A stretch of DNA of 64,000 nt, taken from contig MNCI01001499.1 of the NCBI GenBank assembly GCA_015680685.1, positions 59,349 to 123,348 on the forward strand, in the 5' to 3' direction. The notes beneath the pieces are model-generated. The model had not been told where the DNA came from. It searched no databases and was given only the letters and a program-made list of their open reading frames with translations. Shown in pieces: positions 24,427 through 38,800 of this stretch. Numbering within the stretch: position 1 is the stretch's first letter; each line of letters starts with the position of its first letter. Made by a program: the position numbers and the translations under genes. The DNA comes from Gnetum montanum. Lineage: Eukaryota > Plantae > Gnetophyta.

Positions 24427-27400
24427 TTAGTCATGTAGTTGCTTCCTAACCTAATGTGGATTAGTGGGTGAATAGGGCTTGTGTAGCACAAGGCATTATT
24501 CACCTACACCCTCATCATTAATACTAAAGAGTGATTCTACCCATAGAGCTTCCTTGGGAAGGGTATCATCCCTTTTTGGCTCTTTGGATGGGTTTGTCGA
24601 ACAAGGTTGACCCTTGTCCTCCATGGGTGGTATGTCATTAGGGAACTCTACCTCTGACCCTTGGTTTGTGTTAATGTTGTTGATGGTTGGAGGGACCAAG
24701 TTATTACCATGTATGATCACTTCTCCACCTTTATACAAAAGGTGGATCTCTTAGTGAATGGAAGAGGAGATAGCCTGTAACTAAGCTAGCTAGCGCCTTT
24801 CCAAAATTATGCTGAACCTAGGCATCTCCTTGATGATAATGAATTTAGTGGTAGTGGGGAATTGCTCCCCTATCATGAAGACTATTGTGACCATTCCCTT
24901 CATGAGAACGCGTGATTTGTTAAAGGACTTAAGGCACATTATCTTTGTGTCCTAGATTTGGTTGACAAGATCAAGCTTGTTAATGACTAGGAATGGGATG
25001 GCATTAGTTGCCACCCCATCATCAACATGCACCCTATGAATCTTGTATTTTCCTATGCGAATGGTTATAAACATTAGCATAGTGGTGACTTGACCCTTTT
25101 TAGGGTCCCTTGATTACCTCATCATGAAATGCTAGAGGCATTGAACCTCCTTCTGATTAGGAAGCATCATAGCATGGATGGCTTGTTCATCCACTGGGTT
25201 GTCCTCTTTGATAGGAATGTAGGCCAACATATGAACTAGTGCTTCATGATGAGTAGAGGAGGTTATCACCAAGTCATATAGGCTCAAGGTTGTATTTTTC
25301 TTTGTTTTAGAGCCTACTAGACTTGTGCCAATGCAGGTAGAAAGTCATTATCATTGTCAGTTTTCTTGTTCACCTACATCTCCTTCATGTTAACCAAGAG
25401 GAAAATCTCTTGGGAAGGATACTTGGACTTGTTTTATTTTGCTTTCCTGTAAGCCTCAGTACTCAGTTATTGATTGCTTGCAGTAGCAGCTTTGGCTAAT
25501 GTGGCCATAGGAACAGCAAACAAGGGGACGAGCTTAGGAAAACCTAACACCATACATTCCCTTATCACTTGGTTAGTCAAGTGCTTGTTTGGCCTCCCAA
25601 GCTACCACCTTGACTACCTAGTACTGTATGTGGGATAAGTCCTTAGGTGAGTAAGGCCTGTTGTAGTCCCCACCACCAAACTCAGTGAAGGGTCTACATG
25701 TTGTAGCATCCTAACAACAAAGGGTGTCTAGGTTGCAGTCGCAGCATTGTGTTGTGGGGCCCTAACCATAAAGGGTGTCATGGGCACCCAAGGCGGTGCT
25801 CTAATGACAAAAGGGATCCTTGGATTGGTTGATTTTTATGAGGCCTTAATGTTGTTAGAGGGCACATAAACCATAAATGGCTCTCGTGCTAGTCCTATGT
25901 CATCATCAATGTTGATGGCATTGATGACATAGCCTATGCCACTTATGTTGAAAGGGTCTTTGTAGACATTCATTGATTGATTTTTTGTGCAAACTAGGTT
26001 GGTTGAATCAAGAACCAATTGACCTTGGTTAATCGTGTGTTGTATGTCATCTCGTAAAGCCATGCAGAAGTTCACGTCATGGCCAAGCAATTGATGATAA
26101 TGGCAGAATCGATCTAACTTGAAGTGTTTGGGAACTAGAGGCTCATCTAGTGTGGCTACTAATGGGTTTTTAAGGAGCTCGTAGTAATGATCATAATGCT
26201 TACAAGCATCTTTAGACATTTTCTTATATTGGATGCACCCAACACTAAGTAGTTGATCCAAAAGTTTTGATAGCTTGATGGGTGATGCTTAATACTTTGA
26301 GCAGTCCTTGCACTTAAAGTTTGGCCTTGGGGTAGCTTGCCCCACAACTGTCAATGGTGTGGGTTGGTTAGTTTCCGTAGTGCTAGAGCTGGTTGCCTTG
26401 TTGTTGGCTAGGGCCTTGGTTACTTTGGTCATTGGTTTGGTATTGTTTGGCTTGGCCTCATTGGCAACTGCTACAATTGTTGTTGTTGCCTTGCCCTTCT
26501 CCTTGTCTTTATTTGTGTGTTCATTCTTATAGGCCACATAGGCCAAGTCCTTACTAGCTTCTACCACATATTGAATGCTATTCATTTGAGCAAATGCCTG
26601 GCATAGGGAATGCTTTGACTTGATGAAGTCATTCACTGCACCTTTGAAAATGGCTAGTAGGTGAGTTTTCATGATAGGCTCACAGGTTTCATTAAGTGTA
26701 GTGCTCCATTTCTAGATGAGCTTTTGAATGGGCTCTAAGTGGCCCTGCTTGATCTAAATGAGCTAATCCAGGGTTACCTCAGGCTTCAAGTTGTACTTGA
26801 AGTAAGTAGCAAATTGGCTAAGCAAATCCTCCAATGAAGATATGGAGTCCCTGTGGAGTGCATGGTACCAGTCTAGCATGTTGCTAGTTAGGGATATGGT
26901 GAACACATGAATGACTGCATGCGACCATGCCTACAACAAAAGGTACTCTAACCAAAAGGTCACTAGATGGGTGTGGGGGTCTCCTTCACCATTATATTTG
27001 GTGAACTAGGGAAGTTGGACACTAGGAGGCAGGGTCAACGATGGAATAACAGGACTAATAAGGACATCTTAGTAGAAGGCCATCACTTGGACTATATCAA
27101 AAGAGGTGGCCTTAAGTCATTTGATGTCCTCAGTAAGTGTTTGAATGAGCTGAAATGCTTAATCTAGGGTTAGTGTGGGTGTAGTGGGCTACATTGGTTA
27201 TGTGGCCTACTATGCTGTTGACATGATCCATCGTCTTGTTGTAGGCTATGTGACCACATGGGATGCCTATTGAGTGTACTATTGTGGAATTTTTTGCATG
27301 TACTACTATTGCATGTATTTTATCCAAGGCATGGAGGCAGGGCCCCACCACGTGATTGTGGCTTAGGCTATCATAGGGAACGCCACAAAGATAGGTGGAA

Positions 27401-28050
27401 CGTACAACACCTGAGTCATATGAGACTAGAAAGTTGACACTGTGTGCATGTAGGGCTAGGTTGACATCATGGATGCTGACATAGAGGATTTCATGGACTA
27501 TGCCAAGACCACAAAGGATGAGGTAATAGATAATCCTGCACCTTGATGCGTATACACTTGATGGCTTACCACAATAGGCATTGGCCTAGTTGGTAATAAG
27601 GGAGACGTTACTACCTCAAAGAAGGTAGATGGTTGAGATTAAGAGGGAGCCACATTAGAATAGGTAGTAGGAAAGAGATGTAGAAGGGATTCTCATTCTC
27701 TAAGTGAGCCTCGAATTCCTCTTACCCATCCTATAGAGGCTCCTCATAGTCAATTGCTACGTCATGTGTGTTTGACCCACTCAATTGAATGAGTTGGTCG
27801 AGCATCCATTGAAAGGTCTTAGTTAGGGGAATTAGATCATTAGGGGTAGGGAAGTACTCCCTCCCATTCCAATGTATGAGCTCATACCCTTGCTTTGCAT
27901 CCAACTCTTGGTGGTCTAAGTGGATACCTACCTAGAGTTTTGTACAATGGAAGTTGTATTTGTCTTTGTTAAGCACCATGTGCTCTGGGGATTGGTTACA
28001 AATCTTGAGGGATTAGCTTCCCATGAAGATGGAACCCCTAGACTTGGGAA
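24427..28050 (-). pseudogene. gag: Disrupted gag-protease of B
   Basis: Retrotransposon gag core (NGEGDP..HL, DWYHAL..SISS), Tat-type knuckle FCHYHQLLGHDVNFC, protease IHRVHVDDGVATNAIP. Confidence 0.88.
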
Positions 28051-28522
28051 TGTCAATTGTGAATTCCTGCTAAACAAGTCAAACAAGAGTTGTGCTTGAG
28101 ACAGAGGTTGAAGGCTCTTTAGGGTTCATGCTACTATGCGAAAATGAAAAAAGTGCAACGCTGGAAAAGAAATGGCTAAGTATAATGATTGCTAAAAACA
28201 ACTAAGTATAGAAATGCTAAAATGATAGCTAAGTTTGAGAGTGCTACTAGAGAAAATTTCTAACCTTGGTGCTACACTTGCTATGCTCTTATGCTGAGGG
28301 AAAGCTATGCTCTCCCTAGCACATAGAGTTTAGGGTTTAAGTGTAAGAAATACACTTTGGCTTTCATCCTATGGGGTTATAGGGGAACCAACAACTAGGA
28401 CTAATTTACACCAGCTAGCTCATAAACAACCACAGGGGTGTCACATCTATGCTAGTTTGAAGCTAATAACAGAGGTGTAGAAAGCACGTGGAACTACCAC
28501 TAAATGTAGAAGGAAATGGCAG

Positions 28523-28540
28523 GCCCTCCTTCTATCCCCA
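28523..28540 (-). promoter_or_regulatory. Primer-binding site of B (degenerate, tRNA-Asn type)
   Basis: Minus-strand TGGGGATAGAAGGAGGGC resembles TGGCGCTAGAAGGAGGG, the complement of the plant tRNA-Asn(GUU) 3' end; 6 nt from the LTR end. Confidence 0.75.
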
Positions 28541-28546
28541 AAAAAC

Positions 28547-30307
28547 TATAGTGATCAAAAATGTTGATGGTTAAAACACTGAGGGGTTCACAGGCACACA
28601 GCCTCGACCCTACCTCTGTGCAAGGGCCTTTGCTAGGAAACAGAGGTAGAGTGCCCTGGACGATCTTATCGATCAAACATGAACTTTACCGACTACAATT
28701 GGGATATCAGGTGCAACTAAGGGATGGAATGGTTAGCTGAAATGTAAGCACTAACATTGTGAGATAACGCTAAGTGTTTTAATAGTGTTCTTGGCAGTAC
28801 TAAGGCCAACTAAGCTTAAGCATAGTGGGGTTTATTGGTGCAAGAATGGTGGTGCAAGTGTGCAAAAACATGTAAAGTAGAAAAAAATGTGAATGTGGTA
28901 CTAAATGTCAAAGGAAATGCTTAAAATGTAATGGAGTTTGAGAGAAAGAAAGAATGGTACCACCCCAAATAGGGATTATAGCAATTACAAATGAGCATTG
29001 AGGAGGTACATGATATATAGATAGGCATAGTAGCAACCTAGCCATAGTCTCTACAATGTCTCAAGGTGAAGACTAATGTCTGCTGTGAAGTTTGTGCCTA
29101 CTAGGTTGGCTACCATGGTGTCCTGTAGGCTACAGTGCACTATAGTGCTGAATGGGATGCAAAGGTGTTGCTAAGGTGTTGGTACACTCTATTATATAGG
29201 GTGCCCAAGGTGCCTTCAGTGCCAAGTGGTACTCTAAGAATGCCAACTACTACTTGGATTCACCAATCAAATGCTTCAAATTCTCATTACTAGAATGAAT
29301 TACCAACCCCTAGAGTGTAGAATGTAGGGGTATTTATAGGCTTAGGGTTAACATGAAGCATAGATCGAGCACCACATGGCAGAGGGATGGGTGGGGTTAT
29401 GCTAACCTCTACTACGCTTCCACTGGAGCAACTAGTGCTATGCTCTAGTGGGCTCCAGTGGACCCTAAGAGACTACCAAACTATGACTACACTACCAGGA
29501 CTACATGTGCCAAAGCCAAAAAATACTATAATGCACCTGTAAATAGTGCAAAATAGTGTAATTTGGAGGCTACTCTTCAGGACTATGCTCTATCCTCTTT
29601 CGAGTGGGATCAAGCATAGGTGCAATTTTGGGACATAGGGTGTTCAAAGCGAGCACAAGTTACTAATCCTACTTGCCAGAAGAGTGCTAGAGCTAGAATG
29701 AAGGCCTATGCTAACCTTTGGAAGCTTTTGGAGGAATTTTAGTGTTGCTATGCTAGCTACACTCTGGAGTGTAGCCCAACAGTTAGGAAAATTTTGCAAA
29801 AAACATAAGTCTAATTCTGCTATGCTTGTGAGCGTAGCAAGATGGGACAGGGCATAGCATGGACACTTAGAAAATCTAGCAAAAATTACAATCCTTGTTC
29901 TTGCTATGCCAACTATGCTTGAGAGCATAGTAGGAGGGGTAGCTTTAGGAGTTAGAAAATCTACCAAATTCCTCTTCCATGTTGAGCTAGCTCAATAACT
30001 TGTGGCTTGACACTAGTGCAAACTAGCCATAGGAGTGCTGCTACACTTGTTATGCTTAAGAGCGTAGCAAGAGGAATGGAACCATAGCAGGACACTTAGA
30101 ATAACTTTTGCAACTGTTGTTGACACTTAGAAAATTTTGTAGATTTGGTCATGAGCTCCATGCTATGCTAGCTATGCTTTGGAGTGTAGTAGACACAGTG
30201 AGAGAATAATGAGAGTGTAGCACAACACTTGGAAAAAACTTGTCTTGTGTTAACACTTAGACAAATCTACAATTGGAGTACTATTGCCTAAATTTGGTGG
30301 TGTTTTA
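28547..30307 (-). repeat. 5' LTR of element B
   Basis: Matches 10599-12367; followed by PBS; TATA (gggtatttatagg on +) at about 29328. Confidence 0.92.
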
Positions 30308-33300
30308 GTCTTATTTATATGATCTATTTTGCTTCATCTACTTCTTCCATGGCTACATGCTTTCTTGTTGATTCATTCTTTTTAGCCATTATTGTTCAAT
30401 CTCATTTGCTGTACTCTCACTTCCTACTTCCAACAAAAAAAAACCTATAATTAAAAATAAAGTCACAAGGTAATGACTCCTTAGTTATTTTTTGTTAAAA
30501 TACTTAGAATTAGAGATTTATGTAGATGGAATGTAAATTCTTACATAAATTCTCAAAAATGCTGCTAATTGAGCTTTCTTTTGATCCCTAAAAAATGTTG
30601 GTATTTACACTCCTATAATGTAAATTCTCAAAAATGCTAGTCTCTTAGCTTGACAGGTGAAAACATTGTCTTCTTTGCTCCACTCCACACTTGAATGTAG
30701 AATACATTGTCTCTCTCCTTGCATTGGATGTCAAAAATGCTATCAATCTTTTCCCTTTACCTTTGATCTTGTCTAGTGTGAGACACCACCAAATTTGCAT
30801 ATTGTAACATAATGAAACATCACCAAATTTGTATGTTGTAACCCTTGTAACCCCATCTCATGAAACCCAAGGTAAGACTTCATTGTAAATGTGAAAGTTA
30901 TAATCCATCAAGGGCAATCTCACATATTTCATACTTTTGGAGCTGAAAATGCCTCTTAAATGGTCAAAGCCCCATCACTTAAGTGGAAAAAGTTATGTAT
31001 TATCTATATTTGGGCTTGGGGGTTCAAAAATACCTTTTTGAATGCCATAAATGGAAATTTAATGGATTTTATTAGTATTATACACTTTTCTTTGTTGGAA
31101 ACATCTATAGGGGATAAATCTAACCTACCCCTAGTTTGGAGGAGTGTGGATCATCTACTTCTAATGTAGAAGGGTAGACCTCAACATGGAAGGGTGTGGG
31201 AAACTATATGCCTAGCATGAAGACTTCACCTTCAACGTGGAGACTGCATGCTTAGAGTGGAGACTACATTCCCATAGCGTAGAAGCCACATGCACTAGAT
31301 TTCAACATTCCATGAACTTCAACATTGACCATGCACTCTAGCAAGGATGACAAAAGGTCCAACATAGAAGATCTGCCTCCAGTGTAGATGGTGCATGCTT
31401 GTTACTATTTATAGTAAATGGAATGGCCATGGGGGTTTTGCACTTTCCATACATAGCAAGCCCCCAAATTGGACACCCATCTCACCTATACATGGCAGAA
31501 ATTTGCAACCAATTTGTTAGCCAAATTATAGCCATTTTTAGCCCAACCCATAGCCCAAAACCTATAAATATTAGCCTCTAACACCATTTTTAGGTTCCAA
31601 ACTTTGGCATTTTAAGCATTATATCATTTTTGGCATTTAGGAGCTCTTGCAAAACTTGTAGAATATAGTTTCTTGGAGCCTTCCATTGTGGAACCCTTGT
31701 AGCCTTGTTACCATCCTAAGATTTGTGGGTTTCTAGTTTCTACACTACACCCTTGGGATTCCCCAAAATAGTGACCAACATTGTAGAACTGAAGCAATAG
31801 TAGAGGAAGTTTGATAACATTAGGAGTGGTTGATCATTTAAATTATAAATTAGATCATATTATCTTCAACAAACTCTGAACCCTTGCCCAAGTGAACCCC
31901 CTTTGCTCTTCCATAGGAAACATTTATACATATATCCTAAACTCATTCTTTATTTATTCAATAAAGTTTTTAGTTTGTGTGCAAGATGTATTTGCTTTCC
32001 AGTATTTTTAGATATACATTTTTCTTTACATTATTCATTTTTGCATTTCATAAGTCCCTAGGTAATCTACTAGACCATATAGGACATCTTGGATCCCATT
32101 TTATCAAAGGCCCTAGGGATTCAAGGTTAAAGATGTATGCATTGAGATTTTTAGTTCTCCAGCGACTGAATTTGCTAATCACTATAGTTTTCTAGCATGG
32201 GAGTGACAAGTGTTTGGATTTTGAAATATTTACAATAGTTGTTGTAAATTTTCAAAGCTACTATTGATTTTTTGGTGCATTTTCTTCCTCCCTTTGGTTG
32301 CCAAAATCCTCTCAATTTGAAGTTTTGGTGGTTTCAACCCTTCTAGAAGCCACTTGACTTTCGAAAGTCAACTAAACCCCCTTCCTAGCTAAGAAAATTG
32401 GTAGCTTACCAAAATCATTTTCTAGTGGAAAACACCAACTTTTCACTTTGGTTACCCTCCCTACCAAAATTGGCAAGGAAGGTATGAGATCCTCCAAATC
32501 TCATCACCCCTTTCCTTTCCCTCTACTACACCTAGTGTAGGTGTAGCTAGGAAGCCCAACATGGGTGAGGTTTGGGACATGATTTCCAACTTTCCATTTT
32601 TGGAAAAGGGATGTACCTTCCTTAATCCCTCATTTACTATTTATAGTAAGTCCCCTATTTTAAGCTAATTTTACTTCTCTTAGCCATTTTTATATTCTAC
32701 TTGTTGGAATTTACTCTTTCTTCCATCTTTTACAACCTTTCTTAAGCCATTTATAACATAATAGCCATGTTTTTTCAATAATTGACCAAGTTGTCATTCC
32801 CCTACATTAATAACAAATCCAACCAATAGGTCATGAGGGTGTACAATCCCAAGGACCTGGCTATCATCAAATGTTGATAGTCTTTGAGATTGAGGATAAA
32901 GAGTTTCTAATTTTCAATCATCAATGAAAAACACTATAACTTCATTTGTGTCAAGATCCAAGCTAGCATGTTGATTCTATGAATAGAAGCAGAAGCCAAA
33001 AGGGAATTTAAAATTATAAATTACAATGGTAAGAAGTATATTCCCTCCCCCTATGACCAAATACCCCTCATTGACATCTATGCTAGCATCTTAGCCTACC
33101 TAATAGAGATGGATGAAGAGGACCAAAAGGCTACCTTGGATGGGCAACCAGAGAAGGAGGATGAGTTCAACACTAAATTTGAGCCCAAAAATGTCTTTGG
33201 TGTGTTCCCCTAAGATAATTGGGCCCATTGCCACCCCCCTTGTCTCTTCCATAAAGCATGTCCCACCACCTTCATCCTTGCCTTACCTAACCATGTTTGG

Positions 33301-33592
33301 TTCCACAGTAATTATTGATGTGCATCAAACATAGTTAGTGCCATAGCCCATTGCATTTTATTTCTTCATGTTGGTCTCCACACAGCCCTGATCTATATGG
33401 TCATTGATGATGGTTTTCATCACCAAAAACCCATTGACCAACCAAATGAGGCCCACTATGGGACCCTAAGAAACCTAGGTGTTACATACCCCCTTTGTTC
33501 TACTTTTTCCCTAGATATTGGCACAAACATCTTTCTGCTTATTTGGCTATAGCCATAACACAACCTCTCCCCTTTGTGGAACAATCAATAGC

Positions 33593-35081
33593 TAAAACAC
33601 AACCAAACTTTACATGTTATGATCATATTTTTTCATGTAGCCTTTACCCCATGAATCCTGAGGTAAAACTTTATTGTAAACATGGAGGTTATAATCCATG
33701 AGGGGTAATCTAACATATTTCATACTTTTGGAGCTAAAAAATGCCTCATAAGTGGTCAAAGCCTCATCTCCCAAGTGTAAAAAGTCATGTGATGTCTATA
33801 TTTGGGCATGGGGGGAGGGGTTAAAAATGCCTTTTGAAATGCCAAAAATGGCTATTTAATAAGTTTTATTGGGGAGCTAGAAACACCTGCAGAGGGTAGA
33901 TCTCACCTACCCCTAGCATAGAGGGGTTTGGGCCACTTATCCTTAGCATAGAAGAGTCAAAGCTAGTGTGGAAGTGTGTAGGGGGGTGGATCTCACCTAT
34001 CCCCAACATAAAATGGGGGTAATGCTCAGTGTAGAGTGGTATGACATTCACCCCTAGCATTAATCCTTCATCCCATCAACGTTGACACCTCCTCCCCAAC
34101 GTAGAACTAGCATGGCCTAGATTTCAACATTGAATCAACTCTAGCAAGGATCCTACAATGCTAGCATATAAGGCTAAAGGCCTAGCATGGAAGAACAAGG
34201 CTAGCATGAAAGATGTTTTGGTAAATGGAATGGCCATGAAGGTATGACACTTACTATATATGGTAACCCCACAAATTTTGGCACCTACCCCACTTGAAAT
34301 GTAACCAAAATATGGAGCTAATTTGTAGTAGTTTTGCAGCCTAATTTGCAGCAAGAATTAAGGCCAAAACCTTTATATATGCCAACCTCAAACACCATTT
34401 TCAAGTTCCACCCCCTGGGCATTGATATACTTTGGCATTTTTGGCATCTAAGAGCTTTTGCAAACTTGTAAAAACATAGCTTCTGGGATTTGTTCAACAT
34501 GAAATCCTTGCAACCATTATTACCTCCTTTACGCCTTGAGATATGTGAGGCTTTGACATCAACATTGGGAATTTGGAATCAAGAACTCTCAGTGTTTCTC
34601 ACTTTGATGCCTCATATTTCTCACCCCGCCCCCCCCCCCCCCCCCCCCCCCCCTTGCATTAAAACATTGTAGATTTGGTGCAAGGAGTAGGAAAGGTTCA
34701 AAACCATTGGGAGTTGTGGAGCATCCAAATCATGGAGAAATGGTTTTCAAGCGCCCACTAAAGTGAACCTTCCTACTACCCCAAGCACATTTTTGTACAC
34801 ATTTCTTGAACCATTCTTTATTTCTTTTAAAATAAAGTCTACAATTTTTTTTATGTATAAGATAGATTTATTTGTTTTATTTCAGCGCATTTATTTTCTT
34901 AGATTTGCATTGCATTTTTATTTTTCTACTCATGTTTTGCATTTTCTAAGTTCTTGGGTGATCTATTGTACCACCTAGGGTACCCTGAATCTCATTTTTC
35001 AAAGGACTTGGGGATTCAAGGTTGAAATTGTTTCAATTAAGATTTCTAGCTTTCCAGCAATCGAAATTTTTAGTTGCTTTA
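33593..35081 (+). repeat. 5' LTR of element D
   Basis: Colinear with 44008-45544; followed by PBS. Confidence 0.88.
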
Positions 35082-35087
35082 GTTTCT

Positions 35088-35104
35088 TGGTGCTAGAAAA
35101 GGGG
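35088..35104 (+). promoter_or_regulatory. Primer-binding site of D (tRNA-Asn type)
   Basis: TGGTGCTAGAAAAGGGG versus TGGCGCTAGAAGGAGGG. Confidence 0.75.
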
Positions 35105-35865
35105 AATCTCTACCCAAGTTCTTCACCTAAATTAATCTACCATTTTTTTCCCTTTTTTCTACCACCAAGACCCCAACGTGGGTGTTTGGGCTTTAAGAAA
35201 ATGGATAGCAGTTTCTAGAAATTTTTTAAAGCCAATGTGGATATCATGCCCCCCTAGCGTGGTTGTCTAGGTTTTGGCAAAATTTCACAACTGTTGCTAG
35301 AAATTTTTAAAGCTAGCATGGGTGGGTGTCATAACTCCCTCAACATGGGTGTTACCCCCCCTAAATCATCCAAAACCCCCTACTATGAATTTTTTCTAGT
35401 AGTATCAACAATGTTGATTCTCATAAAAAAAACCCTCACCATTGTAAAAATCAAAGATTCCATTTTGATTTTTAATTAAATAATACTTACCAAAAGTAAG
35501 TCCCCCTTCACCAATGTTATCTAGGAGGGTTTGAGCTCCCTCCATGTCATCCCCCCTTTCTTTCCTTCTACTGCACCCAACATATGTGCAACTAGGAAGC
35601 CCAATGTGGGTAAGGTTTGGTATTACCTTTTTCGACTTTTCATTTTTGGTAAAGAGGTATACCCCCCTTACCCCCCACTTACTATTTATAGTAAGTAGCC
35701 CATTTTTGGCTGTTTTTGATTTTTTTTTTTCAGCCATTTACAAATTCTACTTTTTGAAATTTACACTTTATTTAACCTTTTACGACCTTGTTTAGCCATT
35801 TTTAGCACCCATTTTTACCATGTCTTTCAGCCAATCAACTATATTATCCCTTAACTTGACAAACA

Positions 35866-38800
35866 TGATATCCAGCCAATATGCAGTTTGTATCTATGAC
35901 CCAAAAGACCCTACAATCATAGAATGAAGGCAATTGCTTAGGAAAAGATGCAAAAACCTAGATTTCATAGTTATTAATAAGGAGTTCTACAACTTCCTCT
36001 CTGCCAAGATATAAGCCAATCTCTTGATACCACACTCCAAATTTGACACTACGCATCAATTCGAAATCATATGCCAAGATGGGAAAGAATACATTGCATC
36101 CCCCTATGACCAAATCCTCCTTACAAATTTTTATGCATAAATGCTCATACAACTCATAAAGGTTGATGAGTTTAGTGAAGGGATTAGCTCCAAGGATTTC
36201 CAAGAAGAGGAAGATGAGTTTGAGGCTAAACAAGAGTCAAACACCTTCATTGGAAATCTTTTCTAATCTTCATCTCCTCTAATAATTTCACCTAGCTCTG
36301 TGTCTCTTACCTCATTGATGGGACAAGTCCCTCGACCCAACTCTCATCCTATCCATCCTACCATGTTTGGATCCACAACCATCATTGCCACGCAATAGAC
36401 ACAACCCATGTTCCAATCCACCTCTTTATTTTCATTGATGCCATTTGACACATAGCCTCACTCCATTCAACTAGTGATGGTGATTTCTACATCATTTTTT
36501 CCTTTTGTCATACCAATGGGATCTTTATTGGAACCCCAAGAAACACAAGCCTCCCATATTCCTTTGATCCCCTTTGTGCCTCAAGTTCTAGCACAAACAT
36601 CCTCCTTCTTGTTTATCCCACCTATGACCACCATGACCCAATACCATAGCCTATTGTAAAACCTTAAGCCTCACAATTGCTTCCTCAATCATCAACACAA
36701 ACACCACAACCCAAAACGATGCCCCAAGGCTTGGATTAGGCTTTTCAAATGATCCAAGACCTTAACGAAGAGTTGCAAAAAATTCAAGCCAACATAACTC
36801 AGATGGTCAAGGTTCTATATTTCTATCAAGAAGATCCTATAAGTCCTATGGTGCCTTAAATAACCTTTCCCATAGGCTTTCCTATTTCAAACTTCACAAA
36901 TACAATGATGAAGGGGATTCCAACACACATCTAGTAATCTTCTGGTTTGAGTACCTCTTCTTATAAGTTTGACCTCATACAATATTAATGATTTTTTCCA
37001 TGTCTTTCAAGGGTAAGGCTCTAGATTATTATCAAACCTTGCATAGGGGTTCTATTTCTTCCCTTGAGGACCTAATTAACCAATTTTTTAACCACTTTAG
37101 ATACAACTTGAAGCTAGATGCCACATTGTACCAATTGATGGAGGTGAGGTGAGGGCCACTTGAACTGATCAAAAGGTTTATTCAAAGATAGAACTCAAAA
37201 CTTAACGAAATCCTAGAACCTATTGTTAAAACCCACCTCTTGACCATCTACAAGGGAGTAGTAAATGACTTTATCATGTCAAAGTCATACTACCTAGAGC
37301 CCTAGTCACTAAGCCAAGCCTTCTCACAAATAAAGAACATTGAGGAGGTAGTTGAGACAAGCAACGACCAGGCCTATGTGGCCTATAAAAATCAATGTGC
37401 AAGCAGGGATAGGAATAGAACCAAGCAAGAACATATAACTATGGCCATAGTAACAAAAGAGTTAAATCAAGGGGATAGCAAGGAATCACCACCATGCAAC
37501 ACATCCCTTAACTCATTGCAACTATCTACTTCTTATGTTCCAAATTAACCAAGACCAAAGTTTGGATGGAAGGATAGGTCTTAGTACACTTGGTTACCTA
37601 TGAAGACCTCTAAGCTTCTAGAATAGTTACTTAAAGAGAACTGTATACAACATAAGAAATTTTTTAAAGAGTCTTGTAAGAGGCATTATCATCTTTGTGA
37701 CATAGCGAGAGACCCAACAATAGCTACCAAAGATTATCCTAAGCTACCAAAGTACTTTAGGTTGGACGGTATTGCCACTATCATCAACTGGCTGGTCATG
37801 ATACTAATTTTTTCCTAGTATTAAAGAATGACCTCCAAAAGATGATAAACTGTGTAGAATTGGTGTAAAATGAGCCCAACTCCCCAAGGGCCAACAAAAA
37901 TGCTTACACTTTAGCCTCATTCATGGACACCAAATGGTCTAATCCTCCTAGGAAACCATTTGTAATTAGAGTACCACTATAGCCCCAAAGCACACAGCCT
38001 AGAGAGCCATTTTTCATACAGGTACCACCTCCTCTAGTCCCTTAAGGAGCCTTTCATCATATGTGTCCTCCTTTCAATGGCTTCAGCATCACAACATAAT
38101 CAATGAGTTGATAATCCTCTAAAACCTAGGGAACCATTCATTATTTGGGTCCCTCTACCTTCAACAAGTAAGACCACAATAACCCATGACCAAAGTCCTC
38201 CTATAGTGGCCCACAACCTGGAGGTTAGCAAGAAATCATCTTCACAATGATGTTGAAAGTAACCTACCACCAAACCAATAGCAAAGCCCACTGAAGATGG
38301 CCAATAACAAAAGGCTTCAAAATAAGCTACACTAAGACCAACTACACCCATGAACAAGGAGCCCAAGCCACATGGACTGAAACCTAAGACACAAACCCAA
38401 GGAAGAATGGAGGAGGTTAGAACCACCAAATTTGAAACATCACATGCCAAGGGAAAGAGCTTTCTCACAGCCATGGAATAATTCAAATGATCCCTTAAGC
38501 AAAAGAACACATTGTCAAACTTATACGAATTTGTCATGATTTCTTCTGCTCATAGAGATGCATTAGCTCAAGTGTTAACTTCTATTCATGTGAGTAGAAA
38601 CATGCCCACCAATAGAGAGTCTATTCACTCTATAATTGAGCAAGCTTCACTTAGGGAAAATGGGCATTAGCCCATGCTCAACTTTCATGACATTGAAGTA
38701 AAGATTGATACTTGGAATGGAGAAGCACTATATACTCCTCTCCTTATCACCATATGTGTTGGCAAATACAAGGTTCACCATGTTCATGTAGATGACAAGG

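Larger units (their letters stand above)
10599..30307 (-). mobile_element. Element B: structurally complete but decayed Tat-clade LTR retrotransposon (about 19.7 kb): LTR-PBS-gag-PR-[antisense gene]-RT-RH-aRH-INT-PPT-LTR
   Basis: Paired similar LTRs 10599-12367 and 28547-30307, PBS 28523-28540, PPT 12368-12381, all coding domains in order; TSD degraded (gtatg/gtctt). Confidence 0.92.
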
